A stretch of DNA of 64,000 nucleotides, taken from assembly GCA_951406725.2 (NCBI GenBank), contig OX597817.1, positions 69,440,001 through 69,504,000 of the forward strand. The letters are read 5' to 3'. A program made the translations under genes and the position numbers. This document shows, in pieces, positions 39,167-51,635 of the stretch. This stretch comes from Octopus vulgaris (Eukaryota). Numbering within the stretch: position 1 is the stretch's first letter; the number at the start of each line of letters is the position of its first letter. The notes beneath the pieces are model-generated. The model was not told the origin of the DNA and did no database searches. It was given only the letters and a program-made list of their open reading frames with translations.

Positions 39167-39386
39167 AAAGCTGCAAAATCTTCACAAACTGTTACTTAGA
39201 ATTTCACATTACTGTTTGTTGGACAGTTGTGATCATACAGCATGATCAGAAATGTCTGACAAATGGAAACATGAAACTCTGAGTATCAGTTTGTGAAGAT
39301 TTTCCACCTTTAATAAAAGCATTACCTTTGGTATTTGAGTACTTTTTTTCATTTTGCTTTGCATTTATGTGCTTCCTTGTGTGTAA
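39167..39386. mobile_element. Short fold-back element with two decayed inverted hammerheads and a one-sided tail
   Basis: Hairpin 39167-39311; + copy aaatgt-CTGACAA-ATG GAAA CAT-GAA-ACTCTGAGT-A-tcagttt (39250-39292); more decayed - copy at 39186-39228. Confidence 0.7.
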
Positions 39387-40403
39387 TATATATATATATA
39401 TATATTTATATACTCTTTTACTCTTTTACTTGTTTCAGCCATCCGGCTGAGGCCATGCTGGGGCACCGCCCTTGTTATTTAGGTTAAAATCTTTATCAAA
39501 GCTCTCTAAAACTGCAAGAAAATATGAAATGAGTAATTAAATCATACTAAAGTTTTTGGTCTCAACTCAAAAACGGAAACCCCTAAATATATCTGGTACA
39601 AATTGGTATTTTTGAAAGAGAAAGAATGATAATACAACATGAGGTTGTTTGTTAAAAACAAACTCAACTAACCAGGAGGTCATTAGTGATACACTCCTAT
39701 AGACATGTATAGATATGGGTCAGCCATCCAAGAATGTCTTCATCAACCAGCTCTGTACAGATATAGGATTATAAAAAGGATTATAGGTGGCTTGACTGAT
39801 TCAGGCAGGTCCAGGCAAGTTCAATCAGATAAGAATAGAGATTTCTTATAAGGGAGAATTGGTATCTAATTTACCAACATGATAGCATGAAGTCTGTAGA
39901 TAAGGTTGTTATTGTGTAGCTCCAGTCAGCGCAGCTTTGTGGCACCTGAGGTAGTTGATTGGACAACTAAATCTGATCCTTAGATTTAGAGTTCCAACAA
40001 TTTTGCATTATTGGCATTGTTCTGTAGTTAAGCAATCCAATCTGAATATTATTCTTACCAAGTGATAACGTACCAGAAAGAACAATTAAACCTAAATAAG
40101 TATTTTTCATTTTCCACATAATGTAGTAAATATATGCAAATGTTCTGCTAAGACGGCCAGCATTCCAAATAACTCAGTTGACCAAAGAAAATGTAAGTGT
40201 AGCATGCTGCATCTAATTTAGATTCAATTTCTAATTTACCTCCTAGAAGCAATTTAGAAGTGATTATTACAGAATTATTAGTTATATATATATATAATTA
40301 ATTAACAAAGAAAAACGGAGAAAAGAGACAAGAAAAAACAACAACAGGAGAACATGGCACATGCAAAGTATTAATAAAATGCTCAGGGAAGTAAAAAAAT
40401 GTG

Positions 40404-40440
40404 TGTTTTATGTTTTGAGCAAAGCTCCTCTTCAGAAACA
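40404..40440 (-). ncRNA. CpG-decayed minimal hammerhead
   Basis: tgttt-CTGAAGA-G-GAGC TTT GCTC-AAAA-CA-TA-aaaca. Confidence 0.65.
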
Positions 40441-40689
40441 TGAGACAGAGGAAAGTTCAAAAGAAAAGGAAGACGAAGGAAAGAAACCGCCAACAATCCA
40501 CATGTAGTTACATTTTTGAATAACCGGAAGAAGATGGAAGATGAACATAGAAAAAGTGGTTGGAAAGATAGGGGATAATCTTGTGGGTGTCCACCAACTC
40601 AGTTGCCAGATGTTGGAACCTTAATTTATCCATGCCCAGGGAAGCAAGATGTTCAGAGTATGGTAGATCCCTGATTTTTTTTTTTTAAT

Positions 40690-40991
40690 GAATTTAAGTC
40701 AAGTCAAATATTCACTATAAAAAAACCATTTCACCTTTGCATCAAAGAACTTAGTTTGTGTTCTCAAATGTGACAGGTGTGATGGTGACTACATAGGTCA
40801 AACAAGCTTGACCTTGAGGGATAGCCTGTCAGTACACAGGTAACAGATCTGGGATCGCATAATTCCTATAAGTAAACATTTAGATGAATGTCTCTCTCAA
40901 CAAATGCACTGGAAACACTTCAACCCAATTCCAATTAAAGAAGGAAAATACCTTTATTAGAAAGTATAATCCACAACTAAATATCCTATAA
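40690..40991 (+). pseudogene. Decayed PLE GIY-YIG domain (third family)
   Basis: FTFASKNLVCVLKCDRCDGDYIGQTSLTLRDSLSVHR*QI...KENTFIRKYNPQLNIL*; followed by tandemly duplicated 3' sequence at 41220-41510. Confidence 0.85.
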
Positions 40992-43460
40992 TAACACACC
41001 AGAAAGAGAAAACCTAATTTATTCACAAAAAAATTACCAGAAGCAACAGATATAAATGGAAAAGTTTAAGTAACAGGCTTTCTTGTGGATTTGAAACCCT
41101 AACTCCAATCTATAACTCAACCTTCTCAAACTCTCAGTCAACCAAAGCTGTGGTTACTTAAGGAACCAAACAAAACATTAGATGACCATTAGCGAAATGT
41201 AGATTACCAAATCCTCACCAAGAATTCAACCAACCAGAATGCTGAACTTTGCCAAAACAAATATATTTTGACCCAAATGAAAATATTTTGACAAAACAAA
41301 TGATGTCACTAAACTCATAACTAATCAGAACTTGATCCTTTACCCTGGTTGATAAGGAATGAAAACATTTGACAAACAAATGATGTCACCAGGAAGTCAA
41401 CCAACCAGAATGCTGGACTTTGTCAAAACAAAAATGTTTACAAACCAAAACACCCACAAGAAAAACAAAAGACATCATCAAACTTGCAATCAATCAAAAC
41501 TTGATCCTTTACCATAAAAACACATACACACTAAACAATTACTACTTATAACATCTCAAACTCTAACAAGTGATCAACATAATGAACTTCATGAACTATG
41601 TACTGAAATGGAGGAAAACTCCATTATGACAGAATTTGCTCTTTCTCTCCTGTTTTTATTAATTTTTATTTTCAAGAAACTGAATATGACTGAACTTTCA
41701 GTCATGTATATTTGTTATGATCTGCATTGAACATTTAAACTTATATTGTTGTCTATCTCTGTGAAACTCATTGAAATTTATGTGAACATTTGAATGTTTA
41801 AACAATTTTTTTCTGAATTTAACTTTGTAACTTTGAACTCTTCTGAACCTTTTATTTATTGTTACCATCAATAATCAAAAAATTGTTAAAACCGGTTTGG
41901 TATTTGAATAAATTTATTACAAAATTTAAAGACAACTACATGTTTTGAGATTCAAGTGCATTTTCAAACCTCAAAACAAATTCTCTTACATTTTTCCTTG
42001 CATAGAAATACACTTTTTCTCTCCATATATGTGTGCATGTGTGTGTATAAAGTATATTATTCTGAATTCACACAACAATCTAATGAACAGTTACGAGAAA
42101 CTCAGAGTAATAGTTTGTGATGTCTTTTTCAGCTTCAATAAAATAGTATATATATCTCTGTGTGGATGTTCATATGTATGTATGTATGTAAGTGTGTGTG
42201 TGTGTGTGTGTGTGAATGAATGTGTATTCATGCATACAATATATATATGCATTTATATACATATATATTTTGACACATACATATATACTTATGCATCTAA
42301 ATACACATACTTTTATATAATTATAAACACATATGTAAGTGCGGTGGGGTTTATATACACAGTTGTATTTCAAGAGTTATTAACAGCTGGCAGAATGTTT
42401 TCTCTCTGGAGATAAATAAAATACCAAACAAAAATCTTTAGTGTATGAATTCTAAGTTTCAAAATTCATATTGAGTAGAGGATTCCCCACAGATTCAGGA
42501 AATGGTTTTACCCATGAAACATCTGACAAGTTCTTAGTAACTCTTGAAAACAAAGTAAAGATTAACTACACCGTATGTTCATATGTATCAAGCCCCCTTT
42601 TTTTTATGATTAGCTGATACCTTACTTCTATGCCTAAGAGCACCTGTATTATACTCACACAAAAATACAAACACACACACTCATACTTATATGTGTATTT
42701 GTATTTTCAGATTAACTTATCATGCACTGCTGGAAACTACACAGATGCAAATGAAACAAAACATGCCTAAGTATTAGGAGGCCTAGTCACTTGGAATTAA
42801 GCATCTGCAAGATCAGTACTTGTGAAACTTGAAGTAATGTACTTATTAGTCAATCTGCCTACACAAACATTTAAAAGTCCACATCATGTTTTTAAGTGTT
42901 CTTTGAATATTTTTAGTTATGCTTCTTTCTCCCATATACACATACATGTGTGTGTATGTGTGTCTGTGTGTATGTATATATATATACATATATATATGAT
43001 ATATATAATTATAATTTTCTTTCGAAAAACATAGATAGTGTAGAAGTGTTCAAGTCGAACCCATGGCACTAGACAAGTATAATAGATCCAATAGAAAAGA
43101 TTCAAATTAGGCAATGATTAACACATACATATTTGTTCCTGCAATTCAGATTTTTATTTGCCTTCATACCAAGCCTTTTTGCTAACCATGAACTATAAAA
43201 TAACTTTTTTCAGTTTACTGAACTTCGATATGGAAAAAAAACCTACAACCTTCAACATCGATAAACTAGTACTTTTCCTGAAAGTTAGCTTTTTACACCT
43301 ACTGTGCACTGCTCAAAGCTTACTAACTTTCAACACTTGGATCTGTGGATCTTAAAATTGCATATTATATATATATATATTATATATATAATGATATATC
43401 GTTTGCCACTACACACATTTTTTTTCTCTCCTTGATTCTCTCCTTGTTTTTTCTGTGTTC

Positions 43461-43496
43461 CTTTCTGTAGAAGAGCATAGGCTTGAAACGTAAAAG
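43461..43496 (+). ncRNA. Minimal hammerhead variant (CUGUAGA core)
   Basis: cttt-CTGTAGA-A-GAGC ATAG GCTT-GAA-ACGT-A-aaag. Confidence 0.65.
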
Positions 43497-43600
43497 ACTT
43501 TTTCTATTCCTGAGCATTATACTAATATATCTGTTTGTTTTGTACACCACCTGTCTTCGTCATTTGTTTTTTTCATAAACTCTCCCTATATATATATACA

Positions 43601-43639
<39 letters not shown>

Positions 43640-44041
43640 TATATATGGCATTAGGAAGGGCATCCAGCTGTAGAAACACTGCCAGATCTGACTGGGCCTG
43701 ATGAAGCCTTCCAGCTTCACAGACCCCAGTTGAACCGTCCAGCCCATGCTAGCATGGAAAACGGACGCTAAATGATGATGATGATGATGATGTATACATA
43801 TATATATATATATATATATTTATGTAAATAAAATACAAAGAAAGAGAGGTCTATGCATTACATCTCTTTGTTTTGGTTTACTATGTAGTTTATAGCCGGA
43901 TCCATTAGAGGAGCTTAATCTGGTGGTACTCATAAAAAATTATGAGTACCACCAGATTAGTTAAATCCATATATTGTGCATTAACACAATAATATATTTA
44001 TACATATACATATATATACATATATATATATATACATATAT

Positions 44042-44115
<74 letters not shown>

Positions 44116-44292
44116 GTTTAAATATTTGTTGTGCAAGATTTTTTATGTGAAGTCGTGTGTTGAAACAGATATTGTTATATTTCGGAATGGTCATATTGCC
44201 AGTTTAGCCAATAAAAACACACGCACTATATATTTAGTGTTATTTTGCTTCAGTGATATTTATTTTTTACATTAATCTTAATCTTATTTCGC

Positions 44293-44332
44293 CCAAAGTT
44301 CTTTCGTCACACTCCTGTGACCGCATCAGTGG
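44293..44332 (-). ncRNA. Hammerhead variant (CUGAUGCG core) in pLTR
   Basis: Reverse complement of 45769-45808. Confidence 0.65.
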
Positions 44333-44651
44333 TCCTTTGTTTTCTTCTCACTTACTTGTGTCTCTCCTTACTAACCGTCAGCCATTTTGTATTTCTATTG
44401 TATGTCTTCATTTGCGCATGCTTATATCTCTATGTGCGTCTATGTTTATTTAGTGTGTGTGTGGGGGGGATGCCTGTAATATTTCTATCTTCTGTTTATA
44501 TACATTCTTGTAATTTGTATTTTGTTTTTGTTGTTGTTGCTTTTGTTCGAATTTTGTTCATGTGTTTACATCCACCCATTATTATCATTACATATGCTTG
44601 TATGTATGTATAACAACAATATTAGTAATAATAATAATAAATCTAATCGAA

Positions 44652-44685
<34 letters not shown>

Positions 44686-44816
44686 TATAATTAATTAATA
44701 AGGGTGAGAGAATTAGATACTAATTTAATAGTATATCTATTCAACACCAAGTGGCCTAGTGCTCCGAGAAACCTGGATTATTATAATATTTTATAATATA
44801 TTATAATATTTTTACA

Positions 44817-45090
44817 AAATAAATATAAGAGAGTGGTCACTATATGGCTCACTCTAGCACCAGTTAATCCAAAAAGTTTCAACCACAAAAATACATGTTT
44901 CCCATGAAAGTCAGTACGATTGTTAGCTCACACGGACAGGGCAAATTTTTGTTATTTTTTATTTGCCCTGTCCGTGTGAGCTAACAATCGTACTGACTTT
45001 CATGGGAAACATGTATTTTTGTGGTTGAAACCTTTTGGATTAACTGGTGCTAGAGTGAGCCATATAGTGACCACTCTCTTATATTTATTT
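44817..45090. repeat. Near-perfect palindrome, 130-bp arms with 14-nt spacer, nested inside the PLE
   Basis: 44817-44946 vs 44961-45090. Confidence 0.92.
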
Positions 45091-45255
45091 ATATTATTTA
45101 TTTTATATATATATATATATATATATACATATATACACACATATATACACATATACATATATATATATATATATACACACATACATATATATAGTTATTC
45201 ATTTCTATTTCTTTAATTATCTGTGTATTTATTATGTTTGCAGGATCCACTATCG

Positions 45256-45525
45256 TCATATGTTGTGGTGTGTGCTATTGCTCCATTCTAGTTTTCTATT
45301 CAGGCTAGGTTTATTTTCTATTATATGTGTAGCTTCTGTAATTTGTCTAATTGTTGCATCTGTTCTATGTGTGGACAATATCTTAATCTCTATGTTATTG
45401 ATTGATCCCCCGTGTTCTTGTTCGGCGTGTTGGTACAGAATCGATGAGCTTTTACCTTCCTTGAGTTGTCTCCAATGTTCATTCACCCACTCTCCAATGC
45501 TTCTTGCTGTTTCCCCTACGTATGG
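45256..45525 (-). pseudogene. C-terminal half of a GIY-YIG endonuclease (fourth PLE family)
   Basis: YVGETARSIGEWVNEH...SILYQHAEQEH...IEIKILS...RQITEATHIIENKPSLNRKLEW. Confidence 0.9.
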
Positions 45526-45768
45526 GTGGATGTAAACACATGAACAAAATTCGAACAAAAGCAACAACAACAAAAACAAAATACAAATTACAAGAATGTA
45601 TATAAACAGAAGATAGAAATATTACAGGCATCCCCCCCACACACACACTAAATAAACATAGACGCACATAGAGATATAAGCATGCGCAAATGAAGACATA
45701 CAATAGAAATACAAAATGGCTGACGGTTAGTAAGGAGAGACACAAGTAAGTGAGAAGAAAACAAAGGA

Positions 45769-45808
45769 CCACTGATGCGGTCACAGGAGTGTGACGAAAG
45801 AACTTTGG
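45769..45808 (+). ncRNA. Hammerhead variant (CUGAUGCG core) in pLTR
   Basis: cca-CTGATGC-G-GTCACA GGAG TGTGAC-GAA-AG AA CT-T-tgg. Confidence 0.65.
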
Positions 45809-45924
45809 CCGAAATAAGATTAAGATTAATGTAAAAAATAAATATTACTGAAGCAAAATAACACCAAATATATAGTGCGTGTGTTTTTATTGGCTAAACT
45901 GGCAATATGACCATTCCGAAATAT

Positions 45925-45986
<62 letters not shown>

Positions 45987-46170
45987 TATGTATGTATATA
46001 TATATTAATCTGTGTATCATACTTAGAGTATATACTTTGTTGAAAACCTGACTAAAATGCAGTATTCTTCTCCAGAAAGCATCTCTTATAGATGTAAAGT
46101 GGGAAATACATAGAAATATGTCAGTGGTAGATGAATACATGCACACATACATTTATATATATACATACAT

Positions 46171-46223
<53 letters not shown>

Positions 46224-46230
46224 TATATAA

Positions 46231-46279
<49 letters not shown>

Positions 46280-46505
46280 TCCATGGTAACTGCTGTGTAT
46301 TTGCTTTAAGCAGTTCAAGTATGTGACAAACATATTTCAACTAACCTAAATATATATATATATACAAATATATAATTTCAAATTAATAGTGTATTCATAT
46401 TCGGTCGTGTAAATTTTGGAAGTGTTGGTTAGATATCTGTTACAAAATGTCGCTCGATCATATGCATATTCAACCCTAGCACCTTAGAATTTATAATTGG
46501 AAATG

Positions 46506-46563
46506 TTACACTGAAGAGAGAAGTAAGTAATTAAAACACTTTAATCTCGAAACGGGTATTTGG
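46506..46563 (+). ncRNA. Type-I hammerhead motif, weak stem I
   Basis: ttaca-CTGAAGA-GAGA...TCTC-GAA-ACGGGT-A-tttgg. Confidence 0.65.
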
Positions 46564-46741
46564 CTAATTGGAGTTGTGTTGATTCGTTGTTTTTCTTTTT
46601 GCCTACGTAAAAATGTGTGTTACGGCCGTGGAGATTCTTACATGAGTAGAAAAGGAATTTTTAACTCCTATTTCTAAATTCGATATGTGGTGAAGCAATT
46701 AGCTGACCTCTAATTATAATTATGTTAATAATTATAGAATA

Positions 46742-46790
<49 letters not shown>

Positions 46791-47076
46791 CTTTATGTAT
46801 GTACATGCACACACATACACACACACACACACACATACATGTGCGCCTCTCCACCATTGCTTGACAACTGATGTTGGTGTGTTTACATCCCCATAACTTA
46901 GTGGTTTGACAAAAGAGACCGATAGAATAAGTACTAGGCTTACAAAGGATAAGTCCTGGAGTCGATTTGTTCAACTAAAGGCAGTGCTCCAGTATGGCCA
47001 CAGTCAAATGACTGAAACAAATAAAAGAATATATAATTCAATATTTTTCTGTTCCTTTTCTTAATGGGGACATACC

Positions 47077-47307
47077 TATTTCGTTATTACCCACAAGGGG
47101 CTAAACATAGAGGGGACAAACAAGGACAGACATAGGTATTAAGTCAGTTACATCAACCCCAGTGCGTAACTGTTACTTATTTAATTGACCCCGAAAGGAT
47201 GAAAGGCAAAGTCAACCTCAGCGGAATTTGAACTCACAATGTAACGGCAGACGAAATACCGCTAGGCATTTCGCCCGGCGTGCTAACATTTCTGCCAGCT
47301 TGCCGCC
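47077..47307 (-). mobile_element. CORE-type SINE with 16-bp TSD
   Basis: Same family as 9401-9797; TSD ttaatggggacatacc / ttaatagggacatacc. Confidence 0.88.
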
Positions 47308-47895
47308 TTAATAGGGACATACCGTTGAGTAAATACCATTGCTGACATCATTTTGTGTGTTTGTTTTTTGCCATCATCATCATCGTCATGCACAGGTCAT
47401 CATGGGTTGGTCAGTTCCCGCCCAGAATTACTATCCACATGAACATTACCTTGCTTAAATGCAATACTGCAGTACAGAATATATCAATTGATTTTTAACC
47501 AATACTATATATACAGACAGATGTGAATATCTTATAATATTTTAAAATATGATGTGCTTATAGAGAAAATAAAGGTAGATCAGGGGTACTAGATTCAATC
47601 CTTCTATTGACATTTTATCAGCAACAATGACAGAGCTTATGAACTCACTAGCTGACTTTGTGCCATCAATAATGACAGCTAATTGTAGTGTTTTATATAT
47701 ATAAATAAGGTATAAAACAAGGTACGTTATAATCACAGATACAAACATTCACATACCTATCTTGTACATGCACATGCATACACACATATACTCACAGAGA
47801 GTTGAAATGCTGTTTGATTTTTCTTTTCAGAGTGGAACGTTCACCAACCCATTTCCATTGTGTGCATGCACACACACACACATGCACACACACAC

Positions 47896-47932
<37 letters not shown>

Positions 47933-48301
47933 CACACACACACACACACACACACATGCACACACACACACATTCACATAGCTCCTTTTTACATACACGC
48001 ACACACATACTCACACAGAGCTGCAACACTGATTTTTTTTCCCCACTTCTTCCATTATTTATCTATCACCTCTTCCTTTTTTATTCATATGTTATGATGG
48101 AGAAAAACAGAGGATACACAATGCGCTTTTTGCCACTTCCTTTCTCTCATTGCTATTCCTTTCTCTCACTTTCTCTCAGTCAGAGCTATTACTCTCATTA
48201 CTTCTCCTTCACTGAATTATTATTTTCTCTCCTCTCCCTTCACCTATACTAATCTTTCACCTACTATGTCTCACTCCTACTCTGTGATTTTTGGACATAT
48301 A

Positions 48302-48686
48302 TCTCTCTATATATAAACGGCAGTTTGTCTGTGCGTGTTTCTGTGTGTCTGTTTTCTCGTACCCTCACCCTGACCACGGCTTTCAACCGATTCTGATGAA
48401 ACTTGACACACGCATAGCCCAATGTCATAATTCAAAACTAACGCAGCGAAAATTTTGAAAAGTTCCCCCAGTTCTGAAAAAATCGATAAATTCGACATGG
48501 GGTCGAGAATAAAAACAAACAAACCACAGACTGTCTAGGGGACGCAACTCAACCTTTTTTACTCTCAAAAAAAAATTTACCATCATTTTTTTTCCATTTT
48601 TTTTCTATTTTTTGGCTATAACTCTCTAAAGATGCTTTATAGTTATTTCCCTTACAAACCTGAGCAACGCCGGGCGATACTGCTAG
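48302..48686 (+). mobile_element. Non-autonomous Helitron
   Basis: A|TCtctctatatataaa ... cctgagcaacgccggg hairpin ... CTAG|T, no TSD. Confidence 0.85.
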
Positions 48687-49710
48687 TATATATATATACA
48701 GACACACACTAATATATAAAAACACTATGCTCAATATTATATTAGTAGATTATTGCTGCGAGCTCAAGTAAATTGGATTAACTGATTTGCATACATGTCT
48801 GTATACATGCACAACCTGAATTCAGCTGTGTGTGTGTGGTGTGTGCATGTGTGTTTGTATGTGTGATTGTTCAATTTTATTTCTAGACTATTTGCCAATA
48901 GAGAAAGAGCTAGTTTCTAACCTAGATCCAAGGCTCCTACATTAGAATTTCAACAACTTCAACAGGGTATTTTGGCATCTATATGTTCATATGTGCAATA
49001 TTTGGAGTCAGTCCATGTGTAGATTTGTATTTTTTTGTTTTATGTATACATTCTCATCTATTATAGTTGCATGTCTGGACATGTGCATATATACTTAAGT
49101 GTATCATCATCATCATCATCATCATTTAACATCCGCTTTCCATGCTGGCATGGTTGGATGGTTTGACTGAAGACTGGTGAACCAGACGCTGCACCGAGCT
49201 CAATCTGATCTGGCAAAGTTTCTACAGTTGGATGCCCTTCCTAATGCCAACCACTCCTAGAGTATAGTTGGTGCTTTGTACATGCCACCGGCACAAGGGC
49301 TAGTCAGGCGGCTCTGGCAACAACCACGCTTAAAAGGTGTTCTTATGTGCTACCTGCACAGGTGCCAGTTCAGCGGCACTGGCAACAACCACACTCAAAT
49401 GTTGTGTTTCACGTGCTACTGGCTCATGTGCCAGTAAGGCAACGCTGGCAACGATCACGCTCGAATGGTGCTTTTCATGTGTTACCAGTTCTGGAGCTGA
49501 TCCGTGGCCCTGGCAACGGTTATGCTTGGATATGCTTCTTTTAAGGTTCCACTGGCACACATACCAATCAGGCGGTAATGTCATCGGCCATGTCATCGAT
49601 TTTGATTTGTTTGATTTGTTTACAATTATGTACATGTATGTATGTATGCATGTATGTATGTATGTATGTATGTATGTATGCAAGCATGCATGCATGTCAT
49701 TAATGAGTTT

Positions 49711-50080
49711 TATTTCAAGATTTCTTGCCAATAGAGAATGACCCAGTTTCTAACCTAGGCTCCTTCATTAGAATTTCAATAACATCAACAGGGTATTTTT
49801 GAATGTATGTATGTATTATGTATGTATGTATGTCACTATTCGGTTATATTTCAAGATTTCTTGCCAATAGAGAATGACCCAGTTTCTAACCTAGGCTCCT
49901 TCATTAGAATTTCAATAACATCAACAGGGTATTTTTGAATGTATGTATATATTATGTATGTATGTATGTCACTATTCGGTTATATTTCAAGATTTCTTGC
50001 CAATAGAGAATGACCCAGTTTCTAACCTAGATCCAAGGTTCCTTCATTAGAATTTCAATAACATCAACAGGGTATTTTTG
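49711..50080. repeat. ~136-bp unit x3 embedded in (TATG)n; solo copy at ~48870-48975
   Basis: atttcaagatttcttgccaatagagaatgacccagtttctaacctag... repeats at ~49712, 49848, 49984. Confidence 0.9.
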
Positions 50081-50307
50081 TATGCATGTATGTATGTATG
50101 TATGTATATATGTATTCATTCTCCATACTAACTTAAGGTGACTTAATGCAATAAAATGTTCATTGGGGATTCTTTCTGGTTAAGCATCCAAATGCACCTG
50201 GAACATCCAATGCAGGGTTCCAAGTAACTATAATAGTGATATATCTATAGGAAATAAATAATTTTTTAACTTGCATTTATCATAATTTCTCCTACATTTG
50301 CTCTGTA

Positions 50308-50528
50308 CAAGGGCTGCTAAAAAAGTTCCTGGCTTTAAGGGTATCACAAAAGGATTTGTTGGAAGCCCAACCTTCTGAGTTCTTTTACAGGGCTTAGGAA
50401 AACTGCAGGACCACTACAATAAGTGTGTGAATCTGAGAGGAGAATATGTTGAATAAAATAACAATTAACTGCTGATCCTCCTGTATTTTCTTTTACCCAA
50501 AGTCAGGAACTTTTCAGCACTTGCTTTG
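50308..50528 (+). mobile_element. Mariner-derived MITE
   Basis: TA-flanked TIRs (aaaagttcctggcttt / aaagtcaggaactttt); interior encodes KLQDHYNKCVNLRGEYVE*, a typical mariner C-terminus. Confidence 0.85.
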
Positions 50529-51334
50529 TATTTCATAATTAGTAATACAACTAAGTATAGTAGTTGCTTAACCACTGCACTAGAAGCAGACTGGACTATG
50601 ATTATCTACATGGAGCTTTACACTTAACAGTAGCACCCATACCACTGTTTGTATACAAAAAATGTACTACACATACATACATACATACATACATACATAC
50701 ATACATACATACATACATACATACATACATACATACATACATACATACACACACACACATACATACAAACATACATACATACATACATACATACATGCAT
50801 GCATACATACACACATACATACATACTTACATACATACATACATACATACATTTAAGTGTATATGTGCATGTCTAAACATGTAACTACTTGCATGAGAAT
50901 ACCTACATAAAACAAAACATACAAATCTGCACATGCAGGAGTGGCTGTGTAGTAAGTAACATGCTTACCAGCCACATGGTTCTGGGTTCAGTCCCACTGC
51001 ATGGCACCTTGCGCAAGTGTCTTCTACTATAACCTCGGGTCGACCAAAGCCTTGTGAGTGGATTTGGTAGACGGAAACTGAAAAGAATCTTGTCGTATAT
51101 ATGTATATGTATATATGTTTGTGTGTCTGTGTCTGTGTTTGGCTCTGATGAAAGTAGCATTAATTTTCTTAGGTCATTCAATTTGCCACAGTTGAGCAAT
51201 AGACCAATTGAGTAAACTTAGTAATGTACCTATAGTGATTACTGGTAACAGCTGTAAGCTAAATTTGCTCAAATAAAGGAATTATATGTAATGACCAATA
51301 TTTTTAACTTGTTTCTTTTATATCTATCTATCTA

Positions 51335-51377
<43 letters not shown>

Positions 51378-51536
51378 GATTATCTATCTATCTATCTATC
51401 TTTTTTTCTGCGATCATTTTTTCTGTGATCGAAAACCTAGCCCCCCTATTTTTTCTCTCCAAAAAGAAAAGCTCTAATTTGTAATTTGTCCCCTCTGTGT
51501 TCATCCCTAAATGTCTAATAAAGAGACATCTCTCTC

Positions 51537-51635
<99 letters not shown>

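Larger units (their letters stand above)
44115..45930 (-). mobile_element. 5'-truncated PLE with inverted pLTRs, in (TA)n
   Basis: 44172-44578 and 45524-45930 are inverted near-identical copies; 57-bp tail 44115-44171 on the left arm only; GIY-YIG fragment between them. Confidence 0.9.

Noticed and set aside
42370-42550. Degenerate inverted repeat with a GAAAC motif as a hammerhead pair
   Set aside because: Core too decayed to support a call.
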